Below are positions 30,964-38,903 of a stretch of 51,095 nt of DNA, in pieces; position 1 is the first letter of the stretch, and every line of letters begins with the position of its first letter. The notes under the pieces were generated by a model, which was given only the letters and a program-made list of their open reading frames with translations, was not told the origin of the DNA and did not search any database. Both the position numbers and the translations under genes were made by a program. The stretch is from a virus. The DNA lies in the IMG/VR virus record IMGVR_UViG_3300040801_001309, positions 1 to 51,095 of that record. One strand, 5' to 3'.

Positions 30964-31802
30964 CTCTCCATATATTTCGCTAATAATCCATCATTTGATT
31001 GAAAAACATAGTCTTCTGGAACTGTTGATTTTCCCAGAATATGTTTAATGACTTGACATACATATGTCGATGGTACACATTTCAATTCGATTGAACCATC
31101 GAGATACTTTTTGTAATACATTGATGTTTTTCCAATACGATGAACCCTGAAAGTTTCTACTTTGGCTCTGTAAGAATTTATGTGTAAATACTCAAATCGA
31201 CCATGTAGGATTATTTCATCAGCAGATATTCCAAAAACATCTGCCGGAAGCATCGCCATACGTTCGATAAGCTCTGTTACGATTTGTTCCATTGCCCATC
31301 GCTGTAGTGTTTGCAATCTTCCTGGAAGAGCTTTTGATACAGTTCCAAATAAAATCTGTCGTAATTTCTTAGCTCTTTTGAAATAGTCATATTCCGTTAT
31401 TGATGCTATGAAATCTTTCCAGGTATCATATTCAACAGCATTAAATTTCCTAACCATTTGAAAGTTTGCTTCACATAGATCAATACTGGTAAACATTTTC
31501 ATATGATTTTCTGGATGATATAACTTTTGGATATTTCTTGAATATGTGCTATTTCTAATACCATATTCATTCATATCCATAGTTAACATGTTTTTGAAGT
31601 TTTCATTTTCACCGATAATATACGATGCTTCATCTATAACTGTTTGCCGCAACACACTATCAATTGGTTCGGCTAATTCCAGTGCCTCTTTGACAGGATA
31701 ATACTCGTTTAGAACATCACATTGATGTCTAAAAATAGTATCATCTTTAAAGACGGTCACTGGAATACCGAAGTCTTTCATGACTCTTCGGTAATCCAGC
31801 AT
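30951..31802 (-). CDS. PolB palm-like small protein (paralogue of 45169..46050)
   Basis: 283 aa. Motifs are SIDLCEANF (motif A-like), DFIASIT, KKLRQILFG, ISADEIIL (motif C-like) and FRVHRIGKTSMYYKKYL (KxY-like). Confidence 0.4.
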   Translation of the reverse strand: MLDYRRVMKDFGIPVTVFKDDTIFRHQCDVLNEYYPVKEALELAEPIDSVLRQTVIDEASYIIGENENFKNMLTMDMNEYGIRNSTYSRNIQKLYHPENHMKMFTSIDLCEANFQMVRKFNAVEYDTWKDFIASITEYDYFKRAKKLRQILFGTVSKALPGRLQTLQRWAMEQIVTELIERMAMLPADVFGISADEIILHGRFEYLHINSYRAKVETFRVHRIGKTSMYYKKYLDGSIELKCVPSTYVCQVIKHILGKSTVPEDYVFQSNDGLLAKYMESCIK

Positions 31803-31844
31803 GGTTTTTCCTTTCTTGTTAAAAGTTTATATATCAGTCTCTTT

Positions 31845-31854
31845 ATTTCTATAT
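31845..31854 (-). promoter_or_regulatory. ATATAGAAAT promoter-like box
   Basis: Minus-sense GATTAATATAGAAATAAAGAG lies upstream of 31802. Confidence 0.45.
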
Positions 31855-32039
31855 TAATCACGTAATTCTTGTAGATGTTCTTCATATTCAAGAGCATCTG
31901 CTAATTCAAACATTAATTTATCATACGTTTCAAGTTGTTCTAGCATATCTTGTTGGCTAAGAATTTCAACAATTGTTAAATCTCCAGGTGCAAGTTTTCT
32001 TATTAACTCATAAAGTTTCATTAAAGTATGTACTCCCAA
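31854..32039 (-). CDS. Small acidic protein (61 aa)
   Basis: ORF that overlaps the upstream gene. Confidence 0.45.
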   Translation of the reverse strand: MGVHTLMKLYELIRKLAPGDLTIVEILSQQDMLEQLETYDKLMFELADALEYEEHLQELRD

Positions 32040-32908
32040 TTTAAGTTATTGACATAGCTATATCCCCAATTTTCAAATTTAGTAATATGATCTTTAAATT
32101 TTGAAAATGCCTTTGTTAATGGTAATAGGATTTTTGTTTCTTTAGACAATTTTTCACCACTGTTAAATAAACATAATGTTTTATCATGTCTATTTTTAAC
32201 TTGTTCAACAATACCATTATTTAGTTTTTCTTCATCAAAATAGTTAAGTGATTTATGTTTAAATCCTTTAACTCCCATATCCAGTATTATTGATTTCATT
32301 TGTTTAAGCTCATCATTATTTCCTGTAAATGGCATACACATTACTCTTGTAAAAATATCAGCATTTACAAGTCTTGTTAGTGTATGTAATCTTTTTGAAA
32401 CTTTTGGTGCAGTTCCTTCTAACATTCGTGCTTTTTCTTCGTCCAATGTTGTTATAGTTATTTCAATTTGCACTTGGTGTTTCATTTCTGTTAATAAGTC
32501 TATATGATCGATAATTTTATTACTCTTAGTTAAAATATGCAACATCCAATCCGGATGTTTTTTAAATATAAGAAGTATCTCTTTCATTATATCATGTTTA
32601 TTCATAATGGCCGGATGATAACTATCACATGATTCATTAATTTGTACTCTTTTGAAATATTGTGGTAAATTTTTATATTTTTTGCTATTTAGTTCTGTTT
32701 CTAATACATTTGGCAACCAATCTTTAATAGACACTTGATTTGGAACTATGTTATAACTATACGGCGGTACCTGTAAATAACAATATTTACATCCATAAAA
32801 ACATCCAACAGTTGGATTCAGTGTAAAAGGAAATGTGCTAACATTGAACCCAACGTGGGGTTCAAGTGCTCTTGGTTTTTTTGGCATTTTATGATATACT
32901 GTATTCAT
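32021..32908 (-). CDS. Radical SAM protein, spore-photoproduct-lyase/DNA-photolyase-like (COG1533-like)
   Basis: CxxxCxxC cluster motif GCFYGCKYCY near the N-terminus. Length is 295 aa. Confidence 0.55.
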   Translation of the reverse strand: MNTVYHKMPKKPRALEPHVGFNVSTFPFTLNPTVGCFYGCKYCYLQVPPYSYNIVPNQVSIKDWLPNVLETELNSKKYKNLPQYFKRVQINESCDSYHPAIMNKHDIMKEILLIFKKHPDWMLHILTKSNKIIDHIDLLTEMKHQVQIEITITTLDEEKARMLEGTAPKVSKRLHTLTRLVNADIFTRVMCMPFTGNNDELKQMKSIILDMGVKGFKHKSLNYFDEEKLNNGIVEQVKNRHDKTLCLFNSGEKLSKETKILLPLTKAFSKFKDHITKFENWGYSYVNNLNWEYIL

Positions 32909-33078
32909 TTATCTCCTTTATGTTTATCGTAAAAGTTTAATGCTTCTGTTATAATTTCTGCGGTTTCTTTATTAAAAATTGTTACAAATCTTTCGTCATC
33001 TTTCAATATTAACCAATCATTACAGTTACACGTTTCTGGATGGCATCGACACCAATTTTCAACTAATTTGTATTTCAT
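32905..33078 (-). CDS. Small Cys-rich protein (57 aa, below ORF-track cutoff)
   Basis: It has ATGA overlaps at both ends. The product is MKYKLVENWCRCHPETCNCNDW... Confidence 0.45.
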   Translation of the reverse strand: MKYKLVENWCRCHPETCNCNDWLILKDDERFVTIFNKETAEIITEALNFYDKHKGDK

Positions 33079-33383
33079 GTATTATATCCTTTTATCAAAT
33101 GTGATTCGTCCAATGTGCTACCTTCTTGTACTCGTAGGACTATTTCAGCAGCCGACATAAACTCTTCCCGACCACCAAGTGCCAAATGAAACCTGAATTT
33201 TTCAAAGCATACCTGACATTCAAATACACCAAAAAATCCTGCTACTGATTCTGTATATCCTACAAGTTTTTCTGGTTTATCGTCAGAAAATATTTCATAA
33301 CAATTGTTTGGGCATACCTGAAATTCTACAGCAGGTATTGCATTACTGTCCATTTGTTTTAAATAAAAATCACCTATTTTCAT
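33075..33383 (-). CDS. Hypothetical zinc-binding protein (102 aa)
   Basis: Contains CPNNC and CQVC pairs. RBS GAGGAGGATAA-ATG. Confidence 0.55.
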   Translation of the reverse strand: MKIGDFYLKQMDSNAIPAVEFQVCPNNCYEIFSDDKPEKLVGYTESVAGFFGVFECQVCFEKFRFHLALGGREEFMSAAEIVLRVQEGSTLDESHLIKGYNT

Positions 33384-33437
33384 TTATCCTCCTCATATGT
33401 TAATGTATCCTTAAGAACCCATTCGTTTTTTGACAGT

Positions 33438-33447
33438 ATTTCTATAT
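33438..33447 (-). promoter_or_regulatory. ATATAGAAAT promoter-like box
   Basis: Minus-sense ATAGTCATATAGAAATACTG lies upstream of 33383. Confidence 0.45.
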
Positions 33448-33472
33448 GACTATTATGAAAATAAAAAACATT

Positions 33473-33490
33473 GCCCTCATATGTGAGGGC
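33473..33490. terminator. Bidirectional terminator hairpin
   Basis: GCCCTCA-TATG-TGAGGGC is flanked by an A-run and a T-run. Confidence 0.6.
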
Positions 33491-33515
33491 TTTTTTGGCG
33501 CAATATATTAGCAGA

Positions 33516-33677
33516 TTAGTACGTCAGAGATCCGTTACGGATTCCTTCGCCGAGCTGTTTCAAAGACTCCGGATCTGCTTTACGCAAAGACAACAGTTCG
33601 GAATTTTCAATCGGCGCAAAGAATTCTTTAATCAACTGAATGTTTGTTTTTTCGGGTGCAGTTGCTGCATCAGACAT
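33516..33677 (-). CDS. Small GC-elevated protein (53 aa), paralogue of 33808..34050
   Basis: The start is moved to the ATG after AAAGGAGAAATACT. The shared motif is F..(L)RK.DP...K.L..GI.NG..TY. Confidence 0.55.
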   Translation of the reverse strand: MSDAATAPEKTNIQLIKEFFAPIENSELLSLRKADPESLKQLGEGIRNGSLTY

Positions 33678-33745
33678 AGTATTTCTCCTTTGTGTGTAGT
33701 AAATAAAAATCGGCACACATCATGTATGCCTTCGATACGTTTTTA

Positions 33746-33755
33746 ATTTCTATAT
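33746..33755 (-). promoter_or_regulatory. ATATAGAAAT promoter-like box
   Basis: Minus-sense AAACTATATATAGAAATTAAA lies upstream of 33677. Confidence 0.45.
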
Positions 33756-33770
33756 ATAGTTTTTAATTGT

Positions 33771-33799
33771 TAAAAAAATCTCTCCCTAAAGAGGGAGAG
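33771..33799 (-). terminator. Rho-independent terminator
   Basis: CTCTCCCTC-TT-TAGGGAGAG hairpin followed by ATTTTTTTAAC. Confidence 0.65.
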
Positions 33800-33807
33800 T
33801 GTATTGG

Positions 33808-34050
33808 TTAACCAACAACAAGTTTCGGAGTGCCGTTGGGATATGTTTCTGTGCCATTGTTTATCCCATCAAGAAGGTCTTTATACCCAAGAGGGTCTTC
33901 TTTTCTCATATCAAGCAGCCCTTCTTTTTTAGCATCTGATGCAGACATCCCAAAATACTTTGTGACATCTGTCAGTTTTCCAGCGTTTTTAGATTCTTCC
34001 AAGGCAGCGTCAAATTCTGCCTGAGTTACTTTTTTAACAGGTCTTGTCAT
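33808..34050 (-). CDS. Small GC-elevated protein (80 aa)
   Basis: RBS AAAAAGGAGAACACTATT-ATG. The C-terminal motif is MRKEDPLGYKDLLDGINNGTETY. Confidence 0.6.
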   Translation of the reverse strand: MTRPVKKVTQAEFDAALEESKNAGKLTDVTKYFGMSASDAKKEGLLDMRKEDPLGYKDLLDGINNGTETYPNGTPKLVVG

Positions 34051-34074
34051 AATAGTGTTCTCCTTTTTTTAGTT

Positions 34075-34565
34075 AATATTTAGACATGCGATATGCATAT
34101 CTGAAGTGGAGATGGCGGCTTCGAAGCCGCGTCCGCCCTATTACAAATATACGAATTTACACGCATAGTTCATGTTTAAGTTTCGATTATTAAGGATCAT
34201 GAACAACCCAATTATAATCTAGTTCACAAAATTAGCCTGGATAATACGTGAACTTACTATCCATTGTTCCACAGAAGTCTATCGGATATTTGGTTCAGAT
34301 CTGTGGGGTTCATTCCCAATCCGAGTAGCATTACGCTGCTACAGCAAAGTTATAATCGTCAGCGATTATTTTAAGGTTTGGATTTAACGCTTCGCAGCGA
34401 CGTGAATCATATAAATGTGTTAGTACGTCAAAGTCCAATTCATCCCCATATACTCCAACACTTCTGGAGAGTTATTATTCAATTTTATCTAACAATATAC
34501 ACTTCTGTGTATGATTTTTTCATGATCTTGTAGTACCAAAATAAGATCGTCTTTTTGAAATATGA
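34075..34565 (-). other. About 490-nt ORF-free, GC-elevated, highly structured region (candidate large ncRNA)
   Basis: Many hairpins occur in minus sense. They include CGCT-GCGA-AGCG, GTAGCA-GCGTAA-TGCTAC, AATCG-CTGA-CGATT, GCGGCT-TCGA-AGCCGC, AGTTCAC/GTGAACT, GTTCATG/CATGAAC, and the competing TCGGAT/ATCCGA and CCACAGA/TCTGTGG pairs. Confidence 0.4.
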
Positions 34566-34568
34566 CAT

Positions 34569-35207
34569 TTAATAATCATTTGTATATCCCTTCGGTTTTT
34601 CTGGAAGATGCATCCAGTGATAAATATCATCACACAGAAAACCACGGTCATTTGAAAAACAATCTAATGTTAATACCTCGTCATCATGACCTATTTTCTC
34701 AATACTGTATTCAGCAATTTCGATTTTATCAAAAACATCAAAGTATGTTAATACTTTTTGTCCTTCTTTTGGTTTTTCTTCAAATATATCAACCCATCCA
34801 TTATTTTTATATGATATTTTATCTACAGTAAACCCGTTTATGGTGTTTATTGTTTCTGGCGTTATAAAATCCAGAATAATTGGATCCAATTCAAGATGGT
34901 ATAACACTATTGACTTTATGAATTGTGATTTAATAAACAATTCATAATATTCTAATCGTGTTTCTTCATCGAATGTAAAGAAATTCCATGTATGATATGC
35001 ATCAGATGAATCTTCCCAAGTTCTAACCGATTGTTTTTTAATATATTCTAATTCGTCTTTTTGAACAAATTCAAATTGATTATAAATATTCTTAATGTCT
35101 TTTAAACTTTCTTTAAGCCAGCATTTTTCATTTTTCGCTTTGTCCCATGTATTAACACAATATAAGGGCCGCTTCCAATGAAGTCCACGCATTGATATTA
35201 CGTACAT
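34569..35207 (-). CDS. Hypothetical protein with DUF551-like C-terminus
   Basis: C-terminal pattern KPKEGQKVLTYFD...IYHWMHLPEKPKG. The N-terminal domain is paralogous to 35198..35626. Confidence 0.5.
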   Translation of the reverse strand: MYVISMRGLHWKRPLYCVNTWDKAKNEKCWLKESLKDIKNIYNQFEFVQKDELEYIKKQSVRTWEDSSDAYHTWNFFTFDEETRLEYYELFIKSQFIKSIVLYHLELDPIILDFITPETINTINGFTVDKISYKNNGWVDIFEEKPKEGQKVLTYFDVFDKIEIAEYSIEKIGHDDEVLTLDCFSNDRGFLCDDIYHWMHLPEKPKGYTNDY

Positions 35208-35626
35208 TTAATATATGTCTCCTGATATCCAAATTGTAATGAATCTGATACAATATCAATAGTATCAATATATTTCCACATATCACACGTTAAATGATAT
35301 TTGAATATTGATTTAAGAAACTTTTCTTGTAATGTCTTTTCATACTCTTCAAGATATTCCAATTCATCCCAAAGGATTTCATGCCAAATTTTTAGACCTT
35401 CATCCCAAACCGACGGTGTAGATAAAGGAAAAAGATATTCGTAATCAAGTTCGGCATTTATCTCATCAAATTCAAAAGTTTCGATAAATTCAAATTGTTC
35501 ATAGATATTTCTAGCTTTCTTAAGAGTATCTGTTAGATTAGCAATTTCAATTATAGCTTGTTGTTCAGTTTCAACTAAGTATAATAGTTGTGAACTATCA
35601 TACTCGTATTTAAATATTGCAAACAT
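35198..35626 (-). CDS. Hypothetical protein (142 aa), paralogous N-domain
   Basis: It shares NIYEQFEF...FLKSIFKYHL with the neighbouring gene. Confidence 0.5.
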   Translation of the reverse strand: MFAIFKYEYDSSQLLYLVETEQQAIIEIANLTDTLKKARNIYEQFEFIETFEFDEINAELDYEYLFPLSTPSVWDEGLKIWHEILWDELEYLEEYEKTLQEKFLKSIFKYHLTCDMWKYIDTIDIVSDSLQFGYQETYIKCT

Positions 35627-36230
35627 ATGGACATATATCCTTTAATTCACACATATTACATTTCGGGTTTTTTGCTGTGCATATTGATCTTCCATGATAA
35701 ATTAATATGTGTGGAAATTGAACTCTCCAATTTTCAGGGACTATTTTTAAAAGTGTTTGTTCTATTTTCGTTGGATCTATGTTAAACGACAATTCCAAAC
35801 GATTACATAATCGTTTGACATGTGTATCAACAACAATTCCTTCTGATTTTCCTGTAAGTTCACCAACAACAACGTTTATTGTTTTTCGTCCAACACCAGG
35901 AAGGGATGCTAAATCATCGATATTAAATTCATCTTTGTCTTTAAGGATGTTGCATATCCCAATAAGATATTTTGTTTTTCTCTCCCATAGACCAATTTTT
36001 TGCAGAATTTGTTCGATGTCTGTCCTGTTGGCTTCTACAACATGTCCTGGTGTTGGATATTTATTAAATAATTCTTCTGTTACTTTATTTACTGTTTCAT
36101 CTTTTGCTTGTGTTGATAACATTACTGCTACCAGTAATTCAAAAGAGTTTTTATAATTTAATGCTATTCGATTAGGGTATTTCGTTCCTAATCGAATTAT
36201 GATTTCCTTAACTTTTTTTATTCGTGTCAT
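35610..36230 (-). CDS. nth: Endonuclease III (Nth) DNA glycosylase/AP lyase
   Basis: Motifs are LVAVMLSTQAKDETVNKVT, the HhH LASLPGVGRKTINVV, and VDTHVKRLCNRL. The C-terminal 4Fe-4S cluster is CTAKNPKCNMCELKDIC. Confidence 0.85.
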   Translation of the reverse strand: MTRIKKVKEIIIRLGTKYPNRIALNYKNSFELLVAVMLSTQAKDETVNKVTEELFNKYPTPGHVVEANRTDIEQILQKIGLWERKTKYLIGICNILKDKDEFNIDDLASLPGVGRKTINVVVGELTGKSEGIVVDTHVKRLCNRLELSFNIDPTKIEQTLLKIVPENWRVQFPHILIYHGRSICTAKNPKCNMCELKDICPYVCNI

Positions 36231-36234
36231 TCTT

Positions 36235-36717
36235 CTAAATATTCATCAAAATAGTTTTCAGTTTATTACCATCACACATAGGAAATTGTGCTTTAAGTTC
36301 TTTCATAGCCATCATTCGGTTCTTGTATGAATCAAGATCAAGATTATCACTAAGCCATTGTTTAATTTCATCATCAGATGGTTCTTTCGGAATATAATTC
36401 ATAATCGTCTGAATATACTTAGATGAGGATACAAGGTCACTATCAAGTCTATTGATTTCACTTTGAATATATTCATCAACTTTTTTACCAAGTGATGCAA
36501 GTTTTGATTGAGGAATCTTTGCCATGACGATACATCTTTTTTCACTTGCAATTAGTTTTCGGCAAATCTTAATAACTATTTCATCAGTGATATCTGCTTC
36601 TTTATCTTTGTACTCAGTGTAGCATGATTTAATTTGACGAAGTGCTTTTTTAGATTCTTTGTCGTCGTTGATAATGGCATTTTTCAAGTCGATATTGATC
36701 TGTTCTGTTAGTTTCAT
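36235..36717 (-). CDS. yqeY: YqeY/GatB C-terminal-domain-like protein
   Basis: The start is moved to MKLTEQINIDLKNAI (RBS GAAAGGAAAACAA). Other YqeY-like segments are LRQIKS, YIPKEPSDDEIKQWL and AMKELKAQFPMCDGNKLKTILMN. Confidence 0.6.
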   Translation of the reverse strand: MKLTEQINIDLKNAIINDDKESKKALRQIKSCYTEYKDKEADITDEIVIKICRKLIASEKRCIVMAKIPQSKLASLGKKVDEYIQSEINRLDSDLVSSSKYIQTIMNYIPKEPSDDEIKQWLSDNLDLDSYKNRMMAMKELKAQFPMCDGNKLKTILMNI

Positions 36718-36730
36718 TTGTTTTCCTTTC

Positions 36731-36916
36731 TTACCAATCCCGTAATCCTTCGTTATATCCAATACGATATCCTTGCTCAAATATATCATTATCTTTACAT
36801 GTGCATCTATCAAGATCAAGAACCATTTCACCACTTTCCAATGATACAAGTTGTTCTTTTCCACAATCTTTGCATTTGATTATTAAATCACAAACGTATA
36901 CTTGTGTAGAAGACAT
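36731..36916 (-). CDS. Small zinc-ribbon protein (61 aa)
   Basis: The start is at MSSTQVYVCDL after AAAGGACACTATA. It contains the CKDCG and CTC motifs. Confidence 0.5.
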   Translation of the reverse strand: MSSTQVYVCDLIIKCKDCGKEQLVSLESGEMVLDLDRCTCKDNDIFEQGYRIGYNEGLRDW

Positions 36917-36944
36917 TATAGTGTCCTTTCTTAAATAAATATAC

Positions 36945-37017
36945 AAGGGCTATAGGAATTGAACCTATCCAGTGAAGTTTGGAGCCTCACTCGCCAGCCT
37001 TGGAACATTAGCCCCCC
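36945..37017 (-). tRNA. tRNA-Trp(CCA): tRNA-Trp (anticodon CCA), isolated, weak D-arm
   Basis: Acceptor is GGGGGCT/AGCCCTT and the anticodon arm is TGAGG-CTCCAAA-CTTCA. The T-arm is ATAGG-TTCAATT-CCTAT. The D-stem pairs poorly. Confidence 0.55.
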
Positions 37018-37047
37018 AAAGTAATAAAAATAGTTTATGCTTGAATG

Positions 37048-37057
37048 ATTTCTATAT
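37048..37057 (-). promoter_or_regulatory. ATATAGAAAT promoter-like box upstream of tRNA-Trp
   Basis: Minus-sense AAATATATAGAAATCATTC. Confidence 0.45.
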
Positions 37058-37072
37058 ATTTCTTGGAAATAT

Positions 37073-38404
37073 TTAAATTTTCAAAACATCTAATACTCTT
37101 TCACACGTAGTTGAAAATATTTTATTCCAATGCATTTCAACATCAATAGACAATCCGAATTTTTCCATTTTCCGCCGCAATAAATCAACATCATATGTAT
37201 ACGGGAAACATATTCCATTCATGTCTTTATGAAGAACTCCACTATCATTAAAAATATCTTTATTTTTAAATAAACAATAAATAAACTTTCCAGCAGAACC
37301 GAATGAAAATACTTCTTTTTCATTCATGTAATTATATATTTTCATACCATTATACATTAACGCTTTTTTACCCCATTTACCAGGAATACCAATATCTCCA
37401 TAATCAAACTTTTTAATTAATTCTATATATCGCATTCTGTATTCTTTAACAATTTCCATACATGCTTCATGTTTATTCATAATATCCATATTAAGTGAAA
37501 TTTTAACTATTAAATCATCAAGAAGTTTTCTAGTTAATTCTGTCATATCTGATTTAATACCAAGATTACTTGTCTTTTTAACTTTTGGTTTTTCGTAAAT
37601 TTCACCTTCTTTTACATCATATAGATATGCATAATTCTTTTTAACATGTAAGAATATAATCGCTAAAATAACAAGTTCTGGTTTGAAATCTGTTTTATTA
37701 TGTTCAATTGAAATGTTACTTCTTGGTAACAACCAGTCATTATAATATTTAGCAATACTATTATTAATTAATGATGCTCCAAATTCTGTTATTTTCCATC
37801 GCTCTTTAGGAGATTTATTTTCTGCCCCTTTATATGGTATTTTAATGAAAATACTATCAGTGTTATGAACACATATTCCATTTGCAAAAAAGTTCTGTGT
37901 TTCGGGAACACAAATATCGTACACATATCCTTCAAAATCAAATTGTTTCTTTTCAATTATCTTTGATGTATAATATATTTCTTCTCCATGATCTGTTTTT
38001 TCTATACAAATATTTGTATCTTTTGGTAATATTGCGGCGGGTTTATCATCAACAATATTAATTAAACTATGCTGATCTGTAACTTTTACAGATCGTCCAG
38101 TTGATGTTTTAATTTCCCACATTTTGCCTTTATACCAATGGCGCATTATGTATGAACAATTAGAAGTATAAACTTCATGGTTTCTTATAGATACTGTTGG
38201 TGCATTAATCCCATATAAATATTCTTTATTAATTTTTATATTTGGTTCTCTGCATGTTGCGAATAGGTGCCACCAGCATTCGATTGTTCTAGTATTATTT
38301 CTAATAGATATATTACTATCACCATGAACACTATCACCGTAAAGTATGTGTTTTAAAAATCCTGGTTCTTCGACTTTTTTATAAAAGTCTTTAGGCAATA
38401 TCAT
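37073..38404 (-). CDS. Family-B DNA polymerase C-terminal fragment (motif C, KxY, thumb) interrupted by an intein
   Basis: The N-terminus ends in ...FLKHILYGD. The intein follows, and then TDSIFIKIP, which restores YGDTDS. The KxY motif is LHVKKNYAYL. Its start overlaps the upstream stop (TAATG). Confidence 0.8.
   Translation of the reverse strand: MILPKDFYKKVEEPGFLKHILYGDSVHGDSNISIRNNTRTIECWWHLFATCREPNIKINKEYLYGINAPTVSIRNHEVYTSNCSYIMRHWYKGKMWEIKTSTGRSVKVTDQHSLINIVDDKPAAILPKDTNICIEKTDHGEEIYYTSKIIEKKQFDFEGYVYDICVPETQNFFANGICVHNTDSIFIKIPYKGAENKSPKERWKITEFGASLINNSIAKYYNDWLLPRSNISIEHNKTDFKPELVILAIIFLHVKKNYAYLYDVKEGEIYEKPKVKKTSNLGIKSDMTELTRKLLDDLIVKISLNMDIMNKHEACMEIVKEYRMRYIELIKKFDYGDIGIPGKWGKKALMYNGMKIYNYMNEKEVFSFGSAGKFIYCLFKNKDIFNDSGVLHKDMNGICFPYTYDVDLLRRKMEKFGLSIDVEMHWNKIFSTTCERVLDVLKI
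37862..38332 (-). mobile_element. Mini-intein (157 aa) inserted in the PolB YGD/TDS motif
   Basis: Block A is SVHGDSNISI, block B is GRSVKVTDQHSL, and blocks F/G are YVYDICVPETQNFFANGICVHN followed by Thr+1. There is no endonuclease domain. Confidence 0.75.
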
Positions 38405-38676
38405 TATATAAAAGTTCCACTACAAACACACATTGATATGTTTCCTTCAATGGGACAATTAGAATCTATTCTATATTTGTCCCATTGTCCGCTTCTTATT
38501 AATTCTATAATTCTTTTTAATTTACTATTTATTGCAATATCTTCCTCATCACTATAAAATTTATTATGAATCTTTTTAAACCATTCATATTCAGTACTAG
38601 AAACATTATCAAATTTAAAATTATAAATATCATATCCATAAGATTCCCAAATAAGAACAACTGTTTTCATTACCAT
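38404..38676 (-). CDS. Small protein, member of a three-gene paralogue family
   Basis: The VLIWESYGYDIYNFKF... pattern is shared with 39249..39515 and 39512..39844. Confidence 0.5.
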   Translation of the reverse strand: MVMKTVVLIWESYGYDIYNFKFDNVSSTEYEWFKKIHNKFYSDEEDIAINSKLKRIIELIRSGQWDKYRIDSNCPIEGNISMCVCSGTFI

Positions 38677-38903
38677 CCTCCACCAGAAGCATCATCTAAT
38701 ATTGTGTGACATAATATTGCATCAGTATTAGCACAACCATTACTTGAATGTGACTCTCAACTTAAAATATAAAAATTACTAGTATCCTCAAGATAATAAT
38801 TGGCTTCAGGAATATATTCTTGTATATCCATTATTAGATTATTTAGATCTGTTACCAATTTATTAAACTTATTAACATGTTTTTTCTTAAGTTTATATGT
38901 CAT
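38676..38903 (-). pseudogene. Small ORF with in-frame TGA (48 aa + TGA + 26 aa)
   Basis: The frame stays open past the TGA at 38757-38759. It ends in a TAATG overlap with the next gene. Confidence 0.35.
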
